Source: Edwardsiella phage vB_EtA_DT115P1 | Sequence record: PV165918.1 | Direction: 5' to 3' (one strand) | Length of the DNA: 24,000 nucleotides | Shown: piece after piece, positions 1-8,027 of the stretch | Layout of the letters: every line of letters begins with the position of its first letter | Position numbering within the stretch: position 1 is the stretch's first letter | Translations under genes and position numbers: made by a program | Notes under the pieces: generated by a model | The model's database searches: none | What the model was told of the DNA's origin: nothing | Seen by the model: only the letters and a program-made list of their open reading frames with translations

Positions 1-1311
1 TTAATTAAAGTATTTCTTCAGTGCGTTGGCTCCTGTGTTTTGCTGCTCGACATAGCTCATAAAATTGCCACCGTGCATCATTGTGTGAACGAACCCGTTG
101 GGATTCGCCATCACCTCAAAGAATTGACGGTCAGAGGCCGCCTGTGCCTCTTTCTCAGCCCTTTCCTGGTCGTAGTCGATGTAGTTCACTATCTGAGAGA
201 TTGCGCCTGCCAGGGCGTCACAGCGGTCGTCGTGACGCAGTGCTCCCCTGTCGCTCGTTAAATGAGCAAGTTGATAGAAGCAGCTGTACGTCATCTTCAC
301 TTCTGCTGGATACTTCTGGATACTATTGTAGTCCTTCATAACAGCTGTCTGAGACACTACAAGTCGGTGTTGCCCTAGCAAAGGCTCGATTGTATCGATA
401 ATTCTAAGCTCTTTCTGGCCTGTTGAGTTAATCTCCTCCAGTCTACAGTCTGGGTAGTACTTCTCAAACAGGGGCTTCAGCATCGCAAAATGGGCACCGT
501 TACCATAGTTCTTCTCCACATAGCAGACATTTACACCAGCATCCTTTGCAGCTTGCACCAGCTTCATAAGCTCTGACTGCTCATAACCACCTTTAACACC
601 ATCAACATCATAGATGTAGACGTAAGTTCCCAGTAACTTGGTGATAGCATACCCCATCTCATCCTGAGACCGACTACCGCCACCAGCAGGGTCTATGAAC
701 ATAACAGTAAGGTCAAAGTCACGCATTGTGTAAGGTTGCTGCATGGCAAAGTAGAACCTATCTTGTGGTCGTGTACCAAAGCGTGGGGCAGCTTGCCACA
801 TACTACGTTGGTCACTATTCCACACAGGCATTACTGCACCTTGCATCGCATTGAAGTTCATAAGGACAAGGTTCTCTAGTTTAAGCTTGAAGCGGTCACG
901 GTCAGACATACCTGTGTGAACCATGAACTGCAACATAAACTTGGCTAAACCTTGTCGCATTTCCTTCTCTTGCAGTAGCTCTTCATCATACATAGCTGGT
1001 GTAGTAGGTTTACCCATGCTGCCATCAAGTCCACCGCCACTCTGTAGGCTTGGGTCAGCTTCAATATCCTTACGGAACAATGGTGCTAAAGCGTCACCAT
1101 AGAACTCAAGTTGCTCAGCAGTTGGGTAGCGACCTGGCCAAATCCGCATTACATACCCACGAGCTGGCAAGGTGTTGTAGATAGATTCAACCCCCTGTGG
1201 TGTACCTAGGTAGATAATACGACCATACTGGTTGATTGACTCAAACTCTAGTGACTGCTCAAGTAGCCACTCGCGACTCTGAGCGGTACGTGAGTTCTGT
1301 AGGCTCTCAAT
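1..1311 (-). CDS. Large terminase subunit (DNA maturase B, T7 gp19-like), exon 2 (C-terminal, 436 aa + stop)
   Basis: Protein 'IESLQNSRTAQSREWLLEQSLEFESINQYGRIIYLGTPQ...YNTLPARGYVMRIWPGRYPTAEQLEFYGDALAPL...' resembles T7-like TerL after Walker B. 'MFIDPAGGG' and 'RHDDRCDALAGAI' fit the nuclease domain. The track start ATG (1314..1312) is judged to be the last three nt of the intron; the exon starts at 1311 (ATT, Ile). Confidence 0.93.
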   Translation of the reverse strand: MESLQNSRTAQSREWLLEQSLEFESINQYGRIIYLGTPQGVESIYNTLPARGYVMRIWPGRYPTAEQLEFYGDALAPLFRKDIEADPSLQSGGGLDGSMGKPTTPAMYDEELLQEKEMRQGLAKFMLQFMVHTGMSDRDRFKLKLENLVLMNFNAMQGAVMPVWNSDQRSMWQAAPRFGTRPQDRFYFAMQQPYTMRDFDLTVMFIDPAGGGSRSQDEMGYAITKLLGTYVYIYDVDGVKGGYEQSELMKLVQAAKDAGVNVCYVEKNYGNGAHFAMLKPLFEKYYPDCRLEEINSTGQKELRIIDTIEPLLGQHRLVVSQTAVMKDYNSIQKYPAEVKMTYSCFYQLAHLTSDRGALRHDDRCDALAGAISQIVNYIDYDQERAEKEAQAASDRQFFEVMANPNGFVHTMMHGGNFMSYVEQQNTGANALKKYFN

Positions 1312-2149
1312 CATTGTATTAACACGGCTTCGTTACTTTCCGTGCCACCTCTTATTAAGTGCTGCAAGAGTGTTATCTCTTGTTGATACAAACATGCAGG
1401 TGTCCCTTGAGTAGACTTTGTTACCCTTGACCTTTATATCTTTATCAAGTGCAACATCAAAACCAGCTTCAAAGAGATCAAACCCATCAACATCTTGTAT
1501 AGAGTTCATAAAGTTTGTGAAGCTGTGCCACCTTGTATCAACTTCTACATCCTTGTAAATTTTGTCATTTCTTGTACCCGACTCAAAATAACAACGCTTA
1601 AGCATATTAGCCCACAGGTCATACAACCTGCGGATATAAGTTCCGCGACCTGTTACCCTGATGTCAGACCCTATGTAACCAACGCCATATACTGTTGGCA
1701 CCCTCATATCCTTTACCTTATCAGAGGTAAGGTTGGATAGTTGGCAATTAGTTACATAACCAGTCGATATGAAGATACAAACACACCTAGTACGAAACTT
1801 CTTACCAGTACTATCTGTATAACCTTTGATGACTTCCAGTATCTTTGCATCACCGTATTTAGTTTTGATGATGCTACCTACGTCATATTTTCTGGTACGA
1901 AATGCTGATGTATCCTTAACACTATTACACCGGGTCATGTTAGACCTCCTTAAGAGATGCTGCATATCTCTATGCAGAGTAGACTATATCTTGTGCAGTT
2001 AATGCACCCATAAGTTTCGAGCCACTTGGCCCTACGCCTTTCGGCTAGTCGTTACACTTGGACGGTAGTCCTAGCTCGGTATTGTCTTCCCATGTTAGGG
2101 CTGAGTTCCACCGAATTAAAATGGTTTATAGACGACATTGTTGAAGTTT
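1312..2149 (-). other. Group I intron (td-like, probably IA2) interrupting the large terminase gene, ~838 nt
   Basis: 5' exon ends in U (..GACGAU^AAACUU), intron ends in G (..ACAAUG^AUUGAG), and joined exons restore in-frame ADD|IES. P1: exon AGACGAU with IGS GUCGUCU (2136..2130), including the U.G at the splice site. P10: CAAU (2140..2137) with 3' exon AUUG. P4: UCGGU (2114..2110)/ACCGA (2080..2076). P6: GGAC (2071..2068)/GUCC (2063..2060). P7: GACUA (2050..2046)/UAGUC (1986..1982). P3: CCAU (2124..2121)/AUGG (2011..2008). P8: GUGCA (2007..2003)/UGCAC (1997..1993). P9: CUGCAU (1977..1972)/AUGCAG (1965..1960). Segments 'AACGACUA', 'CAAGUGGCUCGAAAC', 'GAUAUAGUCUACUCUGCAU..AUGCAGC' closely match the T4 td intron core as I recall it. 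Confidence 0.95.
1333..1938 (-). CDS. Intron-encoded putative homing endonuclease (201 aa with the revised start)
   Basis: ORF lies in the 3' part of the group I intron. The best start is ATG at 1938, preceded by a strong SD AAGGAGG (..CTTAAGGAGGTCTAACATGACC). The track ATG at 1965 lies in the P9 stem. Sequence 'GVGYIG...YDLWANMLKRCYFES...YKDVEVDTRWHSFTNFM...LDKDIKVKGNKVYSRDTCMFV' resembles a family common in phage genomes and often annotated as homing/HNH endonuclease. No classical HNH, LAGLIDADG or GIY-YIG motif is visible. Confidence 0.8.
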   Translation of the reverse strand: MTRCNSVKDTSAFRTRKYDVGSIIKTKYGDAKILEVIKGYTDSTGKKFRTRCVCIFISTGYVTNCQLSNLTSDKVKDMRVPTVYGVGYIGSDIRVTGRGTYIRRLYDLWANMLKRCYFESGTRNDKIYKDVEVDTRWHSFTNFMNSIQDVDGFDLFEAGFDVALDKDIKVKGNKVYSRDTCMFVSTRDNTLAALNKRWHGK

Positions 2150-2689
2150 ATCGTCTGCAAGAATAAGGTCAGCACGAGCACCCTGGGCACCAGACTCGAT
2201 AGAGTAGCAGGTGACAGAGGGTGACTTATCCGAACCACGGAAGCACCAGTGGATGTCGAAAGCTTCAATAGATGAGCGGTCCCCTGCGTAAGTATCTGGC
2301 TGTAGTACCTCCAAGATGTCAATTGCATAGAAGATTTTTACAACCCAACCTGCAATTTCCTTGGCACGCTTGCCATTCTGAGAGAATACAATGATACGGT
2401 AGTGTGGCATGTGGATAAGACAGAAGCAGCATAAGATAGCTGCCATAACTGTCTTAGTCATTCCACGACTGGCTTGTACGCCAATGTATTTCCCACCACC
2501 AAAGAGAAATGCAAGGATGTCCTTTTGTGTGCGATTAAGATGTGGAGAGCCTACGATAGTCTTCTCTAGCACAAGTGATGCAAACATCCACAACCCATGC
2601 TTAGTGAATGGGAATGTCTGTTGAATAGCCTCCAGCTCCTCCCACATCTCTATCTGAGCTTTCTTATCGTTGCGATTAACCCTCCTCAT
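2150..2689 (-). CDS. Large terminase subunit (T7 gp19-like), exon 1 (N-terminal 180 aa)
   Basis: Walker A-like 'GVQASRGMTKT' and Walker B 'ADLILADD' ending exactly at the intron boundary. The ORF continues only 7 codons into the intron (KLQQCRL*). Start ATG overlaps the stop of the small terminase gene (TAATG). Confidence 0.93.
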
Positions 2690-3012
2690 TACCCATACAT
2701 CTCCTCATCATCTTTGAATGGCACAACAACCCCGCGAGCGTGCTGAGCCTTGCGAATCTCAGATAGCTTGTCACCAAGCTCGTTGCTGCTCTGTTCAGCT
2801 GGGTCTGCACATACGATTCCGTTCTTATCACACCAGTCAATAGCTGACTTCAGCTGCTTCATATCGACAACGAGGTCTACATCGCCACCTTGCTCAATGA
2901 GCTGGAGCCACTTCTCCAGCTTCTTGGTAATTACCTTTGTGACTAGTTTGTGAATTAAGCCTACATCATCCTCAGTGGCAGAATTCTTATTACTCTTGCT
3001 TACGCTTGCCAC
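2689..3012 (-). CDS. Small terminase subunit (DNA maturase A, T7 gp18-like)
   Basis: Located immediately upstream of TerL with overlap. C-terminal '...GDKLSEIRKAQHARGVVVPFKDDEEMYG'. Likely start is GTG at 3012 (AAGGAGGTGTTAC GTG GCA AGC), not the track ATG at 3060, which lacks a comparable SD. Confidence 0.75.
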   Translation of the reverse strand: MASVSKSNKNSATEDDVGLIHKLVTKVITKKLEKWLQLIEQGGDVDLVVDMKQLKSAIDWCDKNGIVCADPAEQSSNELGDKLSEIRKAQHARGVVVPFKDDEEMYG

Positions 3013-3223
3013 GTAACACCTCCTTAAAGTATTTGCACATAGAGCAGTACCATCCAACATTGCGTCCAGCTAGTACATGCATCTGTAGCAGTATGTATAC
3101 AAGTGTTGCAAGCTGAACCCACTCAGATACTGAGTACCCCATAAAGCTCAACCCTGCAACACCTATCGGGGGAGCTACCCGTATCGCCTCAGCTGCAACC
3201 TCACCAACTTTCTCCTTAATCAA
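2990..3223 (-). CDS. Class II-type holin (T7 gp17.5-like), TTG start
   Basis: 'EAIRVAPPIGVAGLSFMGYSVSEWVQLATLVYILLQMHV' matches the single-TM holin pattern of T7-like phages. Synteny is tail fibre - holin - TerS. Start codon TTG at 3223 with SD AAGGAG. Confidence 0.72.
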   Translation of the reverse strand: MIKEKVGEVAAEAIRVAPPIGVAGLSFMGYSVSEWVQLATLVYILLQMHVLAGRNVGWYCSMCKYFKEVLRGKRKQE

Positions 3224-3232
3224 TATGACTCC

Positions 3233-4153
3233 TTATACAATAGTTATCTGCGGCCAGCTTACCAGCGTTATTGTTCCGCTAACAGGGTTCTGCATCATGT
3301 GTATGCCAGAGTTGTCAACAAATGCCATTGCATTACTAACAGTAGACCCAACTACAGGTAGGTAGACCTGGGATAGTGGTAAGCCAGTTACTAGACTTGC
3401 ATACACTAGTAGCACACCATCCTGTGATATGAAATCAGCTACACTACCTGGAACTGCACCAATTAGTATAAAAACCTCATCACCTTGCAATAGTGGTTCA
3501 GCAAGTTGAATAGCGTTATTTGAGACAGTGTATGCATATGACGCACCCAGCGATTGTGTCACTCCATTAATAAATAGTAAGGCACTAGTAAAGGTATAAG
3601 GGGGTGTGATAGTTACTTCACCCCCGGCAGCAACCATTCTCCAAGGGATAGCCCCACTGGCTACTTCTTTGAATCCATTCTCTAGTGACTCCACCCTACC
3701 ATCTATTGCATCAGTAGTAGACTTCTTGATAGCGTCATCTGGGTCAACTGCATCACCGATATTCTTGATGTTATGGCCACCCATGTTCACATCCTGCTTG
3801 AAGTAGAATCCATCAGGGAGGAACCCATCAAGCAATTCTTGTGTTACATAAAGCTGCTGAAGCTGAGTGTTGTTTAGTGTATCTTGACTAAAGGGGTTTC
3901 CATTCTTGAAGTCAGAATAAGGTACATTCTTCGGCATAATACGCCGAATCAATACGTCAGCCCCTGCTGGAGGGGCACTGGCTAGGTATACCTTATTAGG
4001 GTCACTAGCGTTAATCGTGAACGGAACCTCAGCGTTATTGACGTACACATGAATGTTGGATGTACTTAGGTAGCCCTCATCTTGTCCAGCAAATGACATG
4101 GTGAACACAGTCTTTACTCCGTCACCCCTGTCCCTTGTATATGAGAAGTTCAT
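3233..4153 (-). CDS. Short tail fibre / tail adaptor protein (T7 gp17 N-terminal domain-like), 306 aa
   Basis: N-terminus 'MNFSYTRDRGDGVKTVFTMSFAGQDEGYLSTSNIHVYVN...VLIRRIMPK..PYSDFKNGNPFSQDTLN' is the particle-attachment domain typical of T7-like fibres. SD AGGAGG upstream. Confidence 0.85.
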   Translation of the reverse strand: MNFSYTRDRGDGVKTVFTMSFAGQDEGYLSTSNIHVYVNNAEVPFTINASDPNKVYLASAPPAGADVLIRRIMPKNVPYSDFKNGNPFSQDTLNNTQLQQLYVTQELLDGFLPDGFYFKQDVNMGGHNIKNIGDAVDPDDAIKKSTTDAIDGRVESLENGFKEVASGAIPWRMVAAGGEVTITPPYTFTSALLFINGVTQSLGASYAYTVSNNAIQLAEPLLQGDEVFILIGAVPGSVADFISQDGVLLVYASLVTGLPLSQVYLPVVGSTVSNAMAFVDNSGIHMMQNPVSGTITLVSWPQITIV

Positions 4154-4160
4154 ATGCCTC

Positions 4161-7100
4161 CTATAGTGTATTGAGTATAGCCATACCCATTGCAGTGTTT
4201 AATAGTGGGATAGCTCCGTATACCTTGTAAGCATCAGCGTCCGGGTCAACAGATTGTTCAGTTGCTAATCTTACCCCGGCGGTTGCTGCTTGCCCTGCCT
4301 TACCAATAGCACCACTTGCCGCAACACCACGGTACTCACCAAATGGTTTGAGGACACTATCTGGGTAAGGGTTAGCAACGTTGGCAACTTGTACAAGTGT
4401 ACTAAGCACAGCTATCTGAGACATGCGTCCAGCAACTGTGTAGGCCATCTCATCCTCTAGACGCTTTCTGACATACTCACCGCGCCTCTCCTCCGGCTGC
4501 TTTAGCGACTGCACTCTTACATCCACCTCTGCCCATAGGTATGCAAGGCCAGCAGACCAAGCAGTGGCAGCCACTAATCCGGCCCTGTCATTACGCAAGC
4601 CACGTTGGATGGCCTTCTCATACGCTATCAGTGCGAATGATTGAAGCTTCATGAGAATCTTTCCACCAGCTGTGTTGGTGAATGCAGGTAGCTCTCCATA
4701 ATAAGAGCGGCTAATGTTGAATGTGTGAATTGTACGGATTGCTGTACCAAGCTCATCACGCAGCTTTGGGTCAAGTGTGCGTATAGCCTCAAAGATGTCT
4801 TTACCTGATGACATCTGCGATTGGATGTGATTCATACTAGCATCTAGTGAGTCATCAGACATCTTACCAAGCTCCAGGAAGCTCTTGCGAACCTTTCCAG
4901 TGAACATACCGCCATTAGATAAGTCCACAATGTTTGTCATGATACTGCGGGCAGAGAGTTCATCAATCATACCTTGCATTGGGCGTAGGAATGACATTGT
5001 ACTCTGAAGCCACCCGATGTTACCCAGAACCTTATCAGCCTTTGATACCTGACCAATAACCGCATCACCATACTCTGCACCATTCATCATCTTGTGCCCA
5101 AATAGGTAGTCTTGGTGGCTAACTGTTCCAAAGATGTCTGCCATGTTGCTTAACTGGTTATTAGTCTCAAAGTAGCGTGCAGATGGCAGCAGTGAGCGTA
5201 CACCATGGTAAAGTGTCGTTGGCAAGTTACGGAGTGTTGCACCTATACCGCTACGGGATACTACAACACCCAAATCAGCTACCTGTGCTAGGCCTGAGAA
5301 ACCCAGCATCATTAGGTTAACAAGCTTACCAGTAGCACTGGCAGCATATCCCAATGAGTTAAGCTCCTCTATTGGCTCACCAAAAGTTACCTTGACACCA
5401 TTACGGTAATCCTTTTCAGTACTCTCCAAGAACTTACGATACTTATTGATGTCACCAAGGCGCTCATAATCCTTAACTATTTTCTCCAATTCTGAAATAA
5501 CAGAAGGTAGTGCCTTGCTTCTATCGAGATTAGATAACCTGTCCTTAGCTCGGTTGTAGTTATCTGTCAACTCAGTAAGCTGCTGGCGATGACGCTTGAA
5601 AGCTTCTGTAATGGTATCATCTACCTGACGGCGCGAACGCATACCGTACTTGGCAAAAGATGCCTGGGCTGCTGCATCCCTCACATACTTATCAACACTA
5701 GCTGTAGATGAGTCAACTAGGTCAACAAATCGTAGTCCATCAGCTGTCTCAGCTTTAAGGTTTGGATGTAGTGATTGCATAGCGCGGGCGGAGATTGAAT
5801 CATCATGAGCGCTATCCTGAAGCATGTTGATGACTGTCCTGATTTCGCTGTCAGCAACACCACCTTCACGCAGCTCATTAACAACTTCTGCAATCTTGCC
5901 ACTGATTGACTCTGACGGCCTTGCAGCAGCAACATTACCTGACTTGCGGTAGTATCGCTCAAGTGTATTGTCAGCAACCAAGCGAGCTGACTTAGCAGAT
6001 AGTGGAATCTTGCCAGTCATGTAACCACGGGCAAGTACCTCACGCACTGCATCCTCACCAAACTGGTCTAGTGATGATGTGATGTCGTTCCTGCCGAAAG
6101 TTACGGGAGTATAGCTTGCACGTTCCTCTACCTCTTCAAACCCACGTACACCATACCGCTTCATCAATCTAAGTGACTCAGCATAAGCCTGGGCGCGAGC
6201 CTTGGCTGCCCTAGTAATTGCATCATCTGCCTCGCCAATCACAGTGTCAGTAAGCTCCGTCATGCGCAGCATGGTGCTACGGTCAAACTTGATTACCTCT
6301 TCATTGAACTTACCAGCCTGAAACAGAGGATTGATACCAAGCTGCTTGATGTACTGCTCCTTAGCTGCATTCTCAATGAAGAATGCCTTAGGCATGATGG
6401 ATGTGCGCATAGTGTCAGAGAAGGCGATAGCAGACTGCGGGGCACCTTTAATGCCATGCGGGTCGTTGAACACGAGTGATGCAATCCCACGCAGTGTGTT
6501 GTCTTTAGTGCCAGCCATTACACGGGTGTAAAGGGCAGTTGACCCAGCCACCTTAGTCACTGGAATCTTCTCTCCAATTTTCTGCAACCCGCCAAGAACA
6601 CTAGCGTAAGTATCGCTAATCTCTTTACCTTCAGTGTCGGGGAAGATGATGGAGTCTTTAACCTCTGCTGCACCTACAGAAGTGCCAGCTTCCATGGGCT
6701 TAGCAGCTTCCTGCGCTGCTTGCTCTGGCAAGACTACAGGTTCATCTTTAGCTGGCGGCAATCCAGCAACAGCTTCCTGGAAAGCTGGGGCTGGGTCATC
6801 TGGTGTAATCAAGTCAAGGTACTTCTCCTTCAACCTTTCAGGGATAACCCCTTGTTTCAGTCTACTGATGTCAGATACTGCCTCAGCGAACTCACCTGAG
6901 ATATGTGGAGCAAGTCCAGCTTGCTGCACCTCAGACTGGGCACGCAGGTCATCAATCTGCTTGCGCAACGTGGCAATCTCTGCTGAGCGCTGCTGGCGTG
7001 CCCTTGCTAGTGCTTTGCCAGAGCCAGCAGGAGAGAGTGCCTCTGCATCTGCCAGCTTAGCTGACAGTAACTCTATATCATGAGCGGTTGTCTTAAGCTG

Positions 7101-8021
7101 TGCCTCTGCTTCTAAACGCTGACCGCGCGTCATGCGAGCCTCAGCAGTCGGCGTCAAGTCATCGATAAGCTTATTGATAGCATCACCTTCCGTGAGCACA
7201 CGCTTGCGAGATAACTCATCGGGTATTTCACCCTGGAGCATTTCAAAGTACTTTCCATATTGTGTAGTCTCAATACGTCCCATTGCTGCCCCAGTTAGCT
7301 CATGGTCAGCAGAGTTAACCAGATTAATGCTATTGTCCCAATCAAAGGCTTCAACAGCCTCGTCCATAGCCTTACCTAGCTGGCGCTTAGCTGTCACTCG
7401 CTCAAAGATAGCAGCCCCACCATCAGCAAGGCTTGAGAACGCAGCACCACCTATGACACCGGACAACCCTGCCAGAATTACATCGTTCACATCTCGGTTA
7501 GGGTCATACATGGAGAGTGCTGCCTCCTGACCTAAACCTGTGGCACCGCCAACAATACCAGCACCGACGGCTCTCTCTACAGCCCCAGTAACAGCAGTCT
7601 TGGAGAACTGGAAGCCAAGGCGAGATGCAACCTTACCTACAACCATTGGGGTCTTTAGCGCATAGGTAGGAAGCGTGATGGGGTCAGATGCATAGCTTAA
7701 TACCTCAGCTGCAATCCCCTTCCATCCAGCATCATCTAGCACTTTCTTGCTGTCATTACTCTCCTTAAACTTTGTAGCACGGTACTGCAACTCCTCTGGA
7801 CTTAATGAGCCAGACAGAATCTTAGATTGCTCCTCATTAAGTTTGTACTCAGTTGCAATCTTACTTACATCCTCATAACTTGGCTTGTAACCTTCAACAG
7901 GCGTACCATAGGTCATCAAGTCCTCTGTCTGTTGCTTCTGCTGCAATATCCAGTTGTTACGTGCGGCATTACGGAATAGGTCGCCAAACCCACCTTGCGG
8001 TACGCTGTTATCAGTCATCAT
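4161..8021 (-). CDS. Internal virion protein D-like (T7 gp16 positional counterpart), 1286 aa
   Basis: Very large ORF in the gp16 position between internal virion protein C and tail fibre. Contains 'GGFGDLFRNAARNNWILQQ' and 'FNISRSYYGELPAFTNTAGGKILMKLQSFALIAYEKAIQRGL'. Confidence 0.82.
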   Translation of the reverse strand: MMTDNSVPQGGFGDLFRNAARNNWILQQKQQTEDLMTYGTPVEGYKPSYEDVSKIATEYKLNEEQSKILSGSLSPEELQYRATKFKESNDSKKVLDDAGWKGIAAEVLSYASDPITLPTYALKTPMVVGKVASRLGFQFSKTAVTGAVERAVGAGIVGGATGLGQEAALSMYDPNRDVNDVILAGLSGVIGGAAFSSLADGGAAIFERVTAKRQLGKAMDEAVEAFDWDNSINLVNSADHELTGAAMGRIETTQYGKYFEMLQGEIPDELSRKRVLTEGDAINKLIDDLTPTAEARMTRGQRLEAEAQLKTTAHDIELLSAKLADAEALSPAGSGKALARARQQRSAEIATLRKQIDDLRAQSEVQQAGLAPHISGEFAEAVSDISRLKQGVIPERLKEKYLDLITPDDPAPAFQEAVAGLPPAKDEPVVLPEQAAQEAAKPMEAGTSVGAAEVKDSIIFPDTEGKEISDTYASVLGGLQKIGEKIPVTKVAGSTALYTRVMAGTKDNTLRGIASLVFNDPHGIKGAPQSAIAFSDTMRTSIMPKAFFIENAAKEQYIKQLGINPLFQAGKFNEEVIKFDRSTMLRMTELTDTVIGEADDAITRAAKARAQAYAESLRLMKRYGVRGFEEVEERASYTPVTFGRNDITSSLDQFGEDAVREVLARGYMTGKIPLSAKSARLVADNTLERYYRKSGNVAAARPSESISGKIAEVVNELREGGVADSEIRTVINMLQDSAHDDSISARAMQSLHPNLKAETADGLRFVDLVDSSTASVDKYVRDAAAQASFAKYGMRSRRQVDDTITEAFKRHRQQLTELTDNYNRAKDRLSNLDRSKALPSVISELEKIVKDYERLGDINKYRKFLESTEKDYRNGVKVTFGEPIEELNSLGYAASATGKLVNLMMLGFSGLAQVADLGVVVSRSGIGATLRNLPTTLYHGVRSLLPSARYFETNNQLSNMADIFGTVSHQDYLFGHKMMNGAEYGDAVIGQVSKADKVLGNIGWLQSTMSFLRPMQGMIDELSARSIMTNIVDLSNGGMFTGKVRKSFLELGKMSDDSLDASMNHIQSQMSSGKDIFEAIRTLDPKLRDELGTAIRTIHTFNISRSYYGELPAFTNTAGGKILMKLQSFALIAYEKAIQRGLRNDRAGLVAATAWSAGLAYLWAEVDVRVQSLKQPEERRGEYVRKRLEDEMAYTVAGRMSQIAVLSTLVQVANVANPYPDSVLKPFGEYRGVAASGAIGKAGQAATAGVRLATEQSVDPDADAYKVYGAIPLLNTAMGMAILNTL

Positions 8022-8027
8022 TCACCT

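Noticed and set aside
2116-2328. 70-aa minus-strand ORF over the intron 5' part and exon 1
   Set aside because: Out-of-frame shadow of terminase exon 1 plus ribozyme sequence; no domain and no clear SD.
1-2689. Large terminase as a frameshifted/disrupted pseudogene or two separate proteins
   Set aside because: Exon halves join in frame at group I splice sites with P1, P10 and a full core; no decay in either half.
3235-3243. Plus-strand TACAATAG resembling the promoter core
   Set aside because: Wrong direction for all genes, lacks the upstream block, and arises from the tail fibre stop region (ATT GTA TAA).
40-7530. Numerous 60-150 aa plus-strand ORFs (e.g. 6634..7083, 7132..7530)
   Set aside because: All lie antisense inside strongly supported minus-strand genes, with low-complexity composition typical of antisense shadows.
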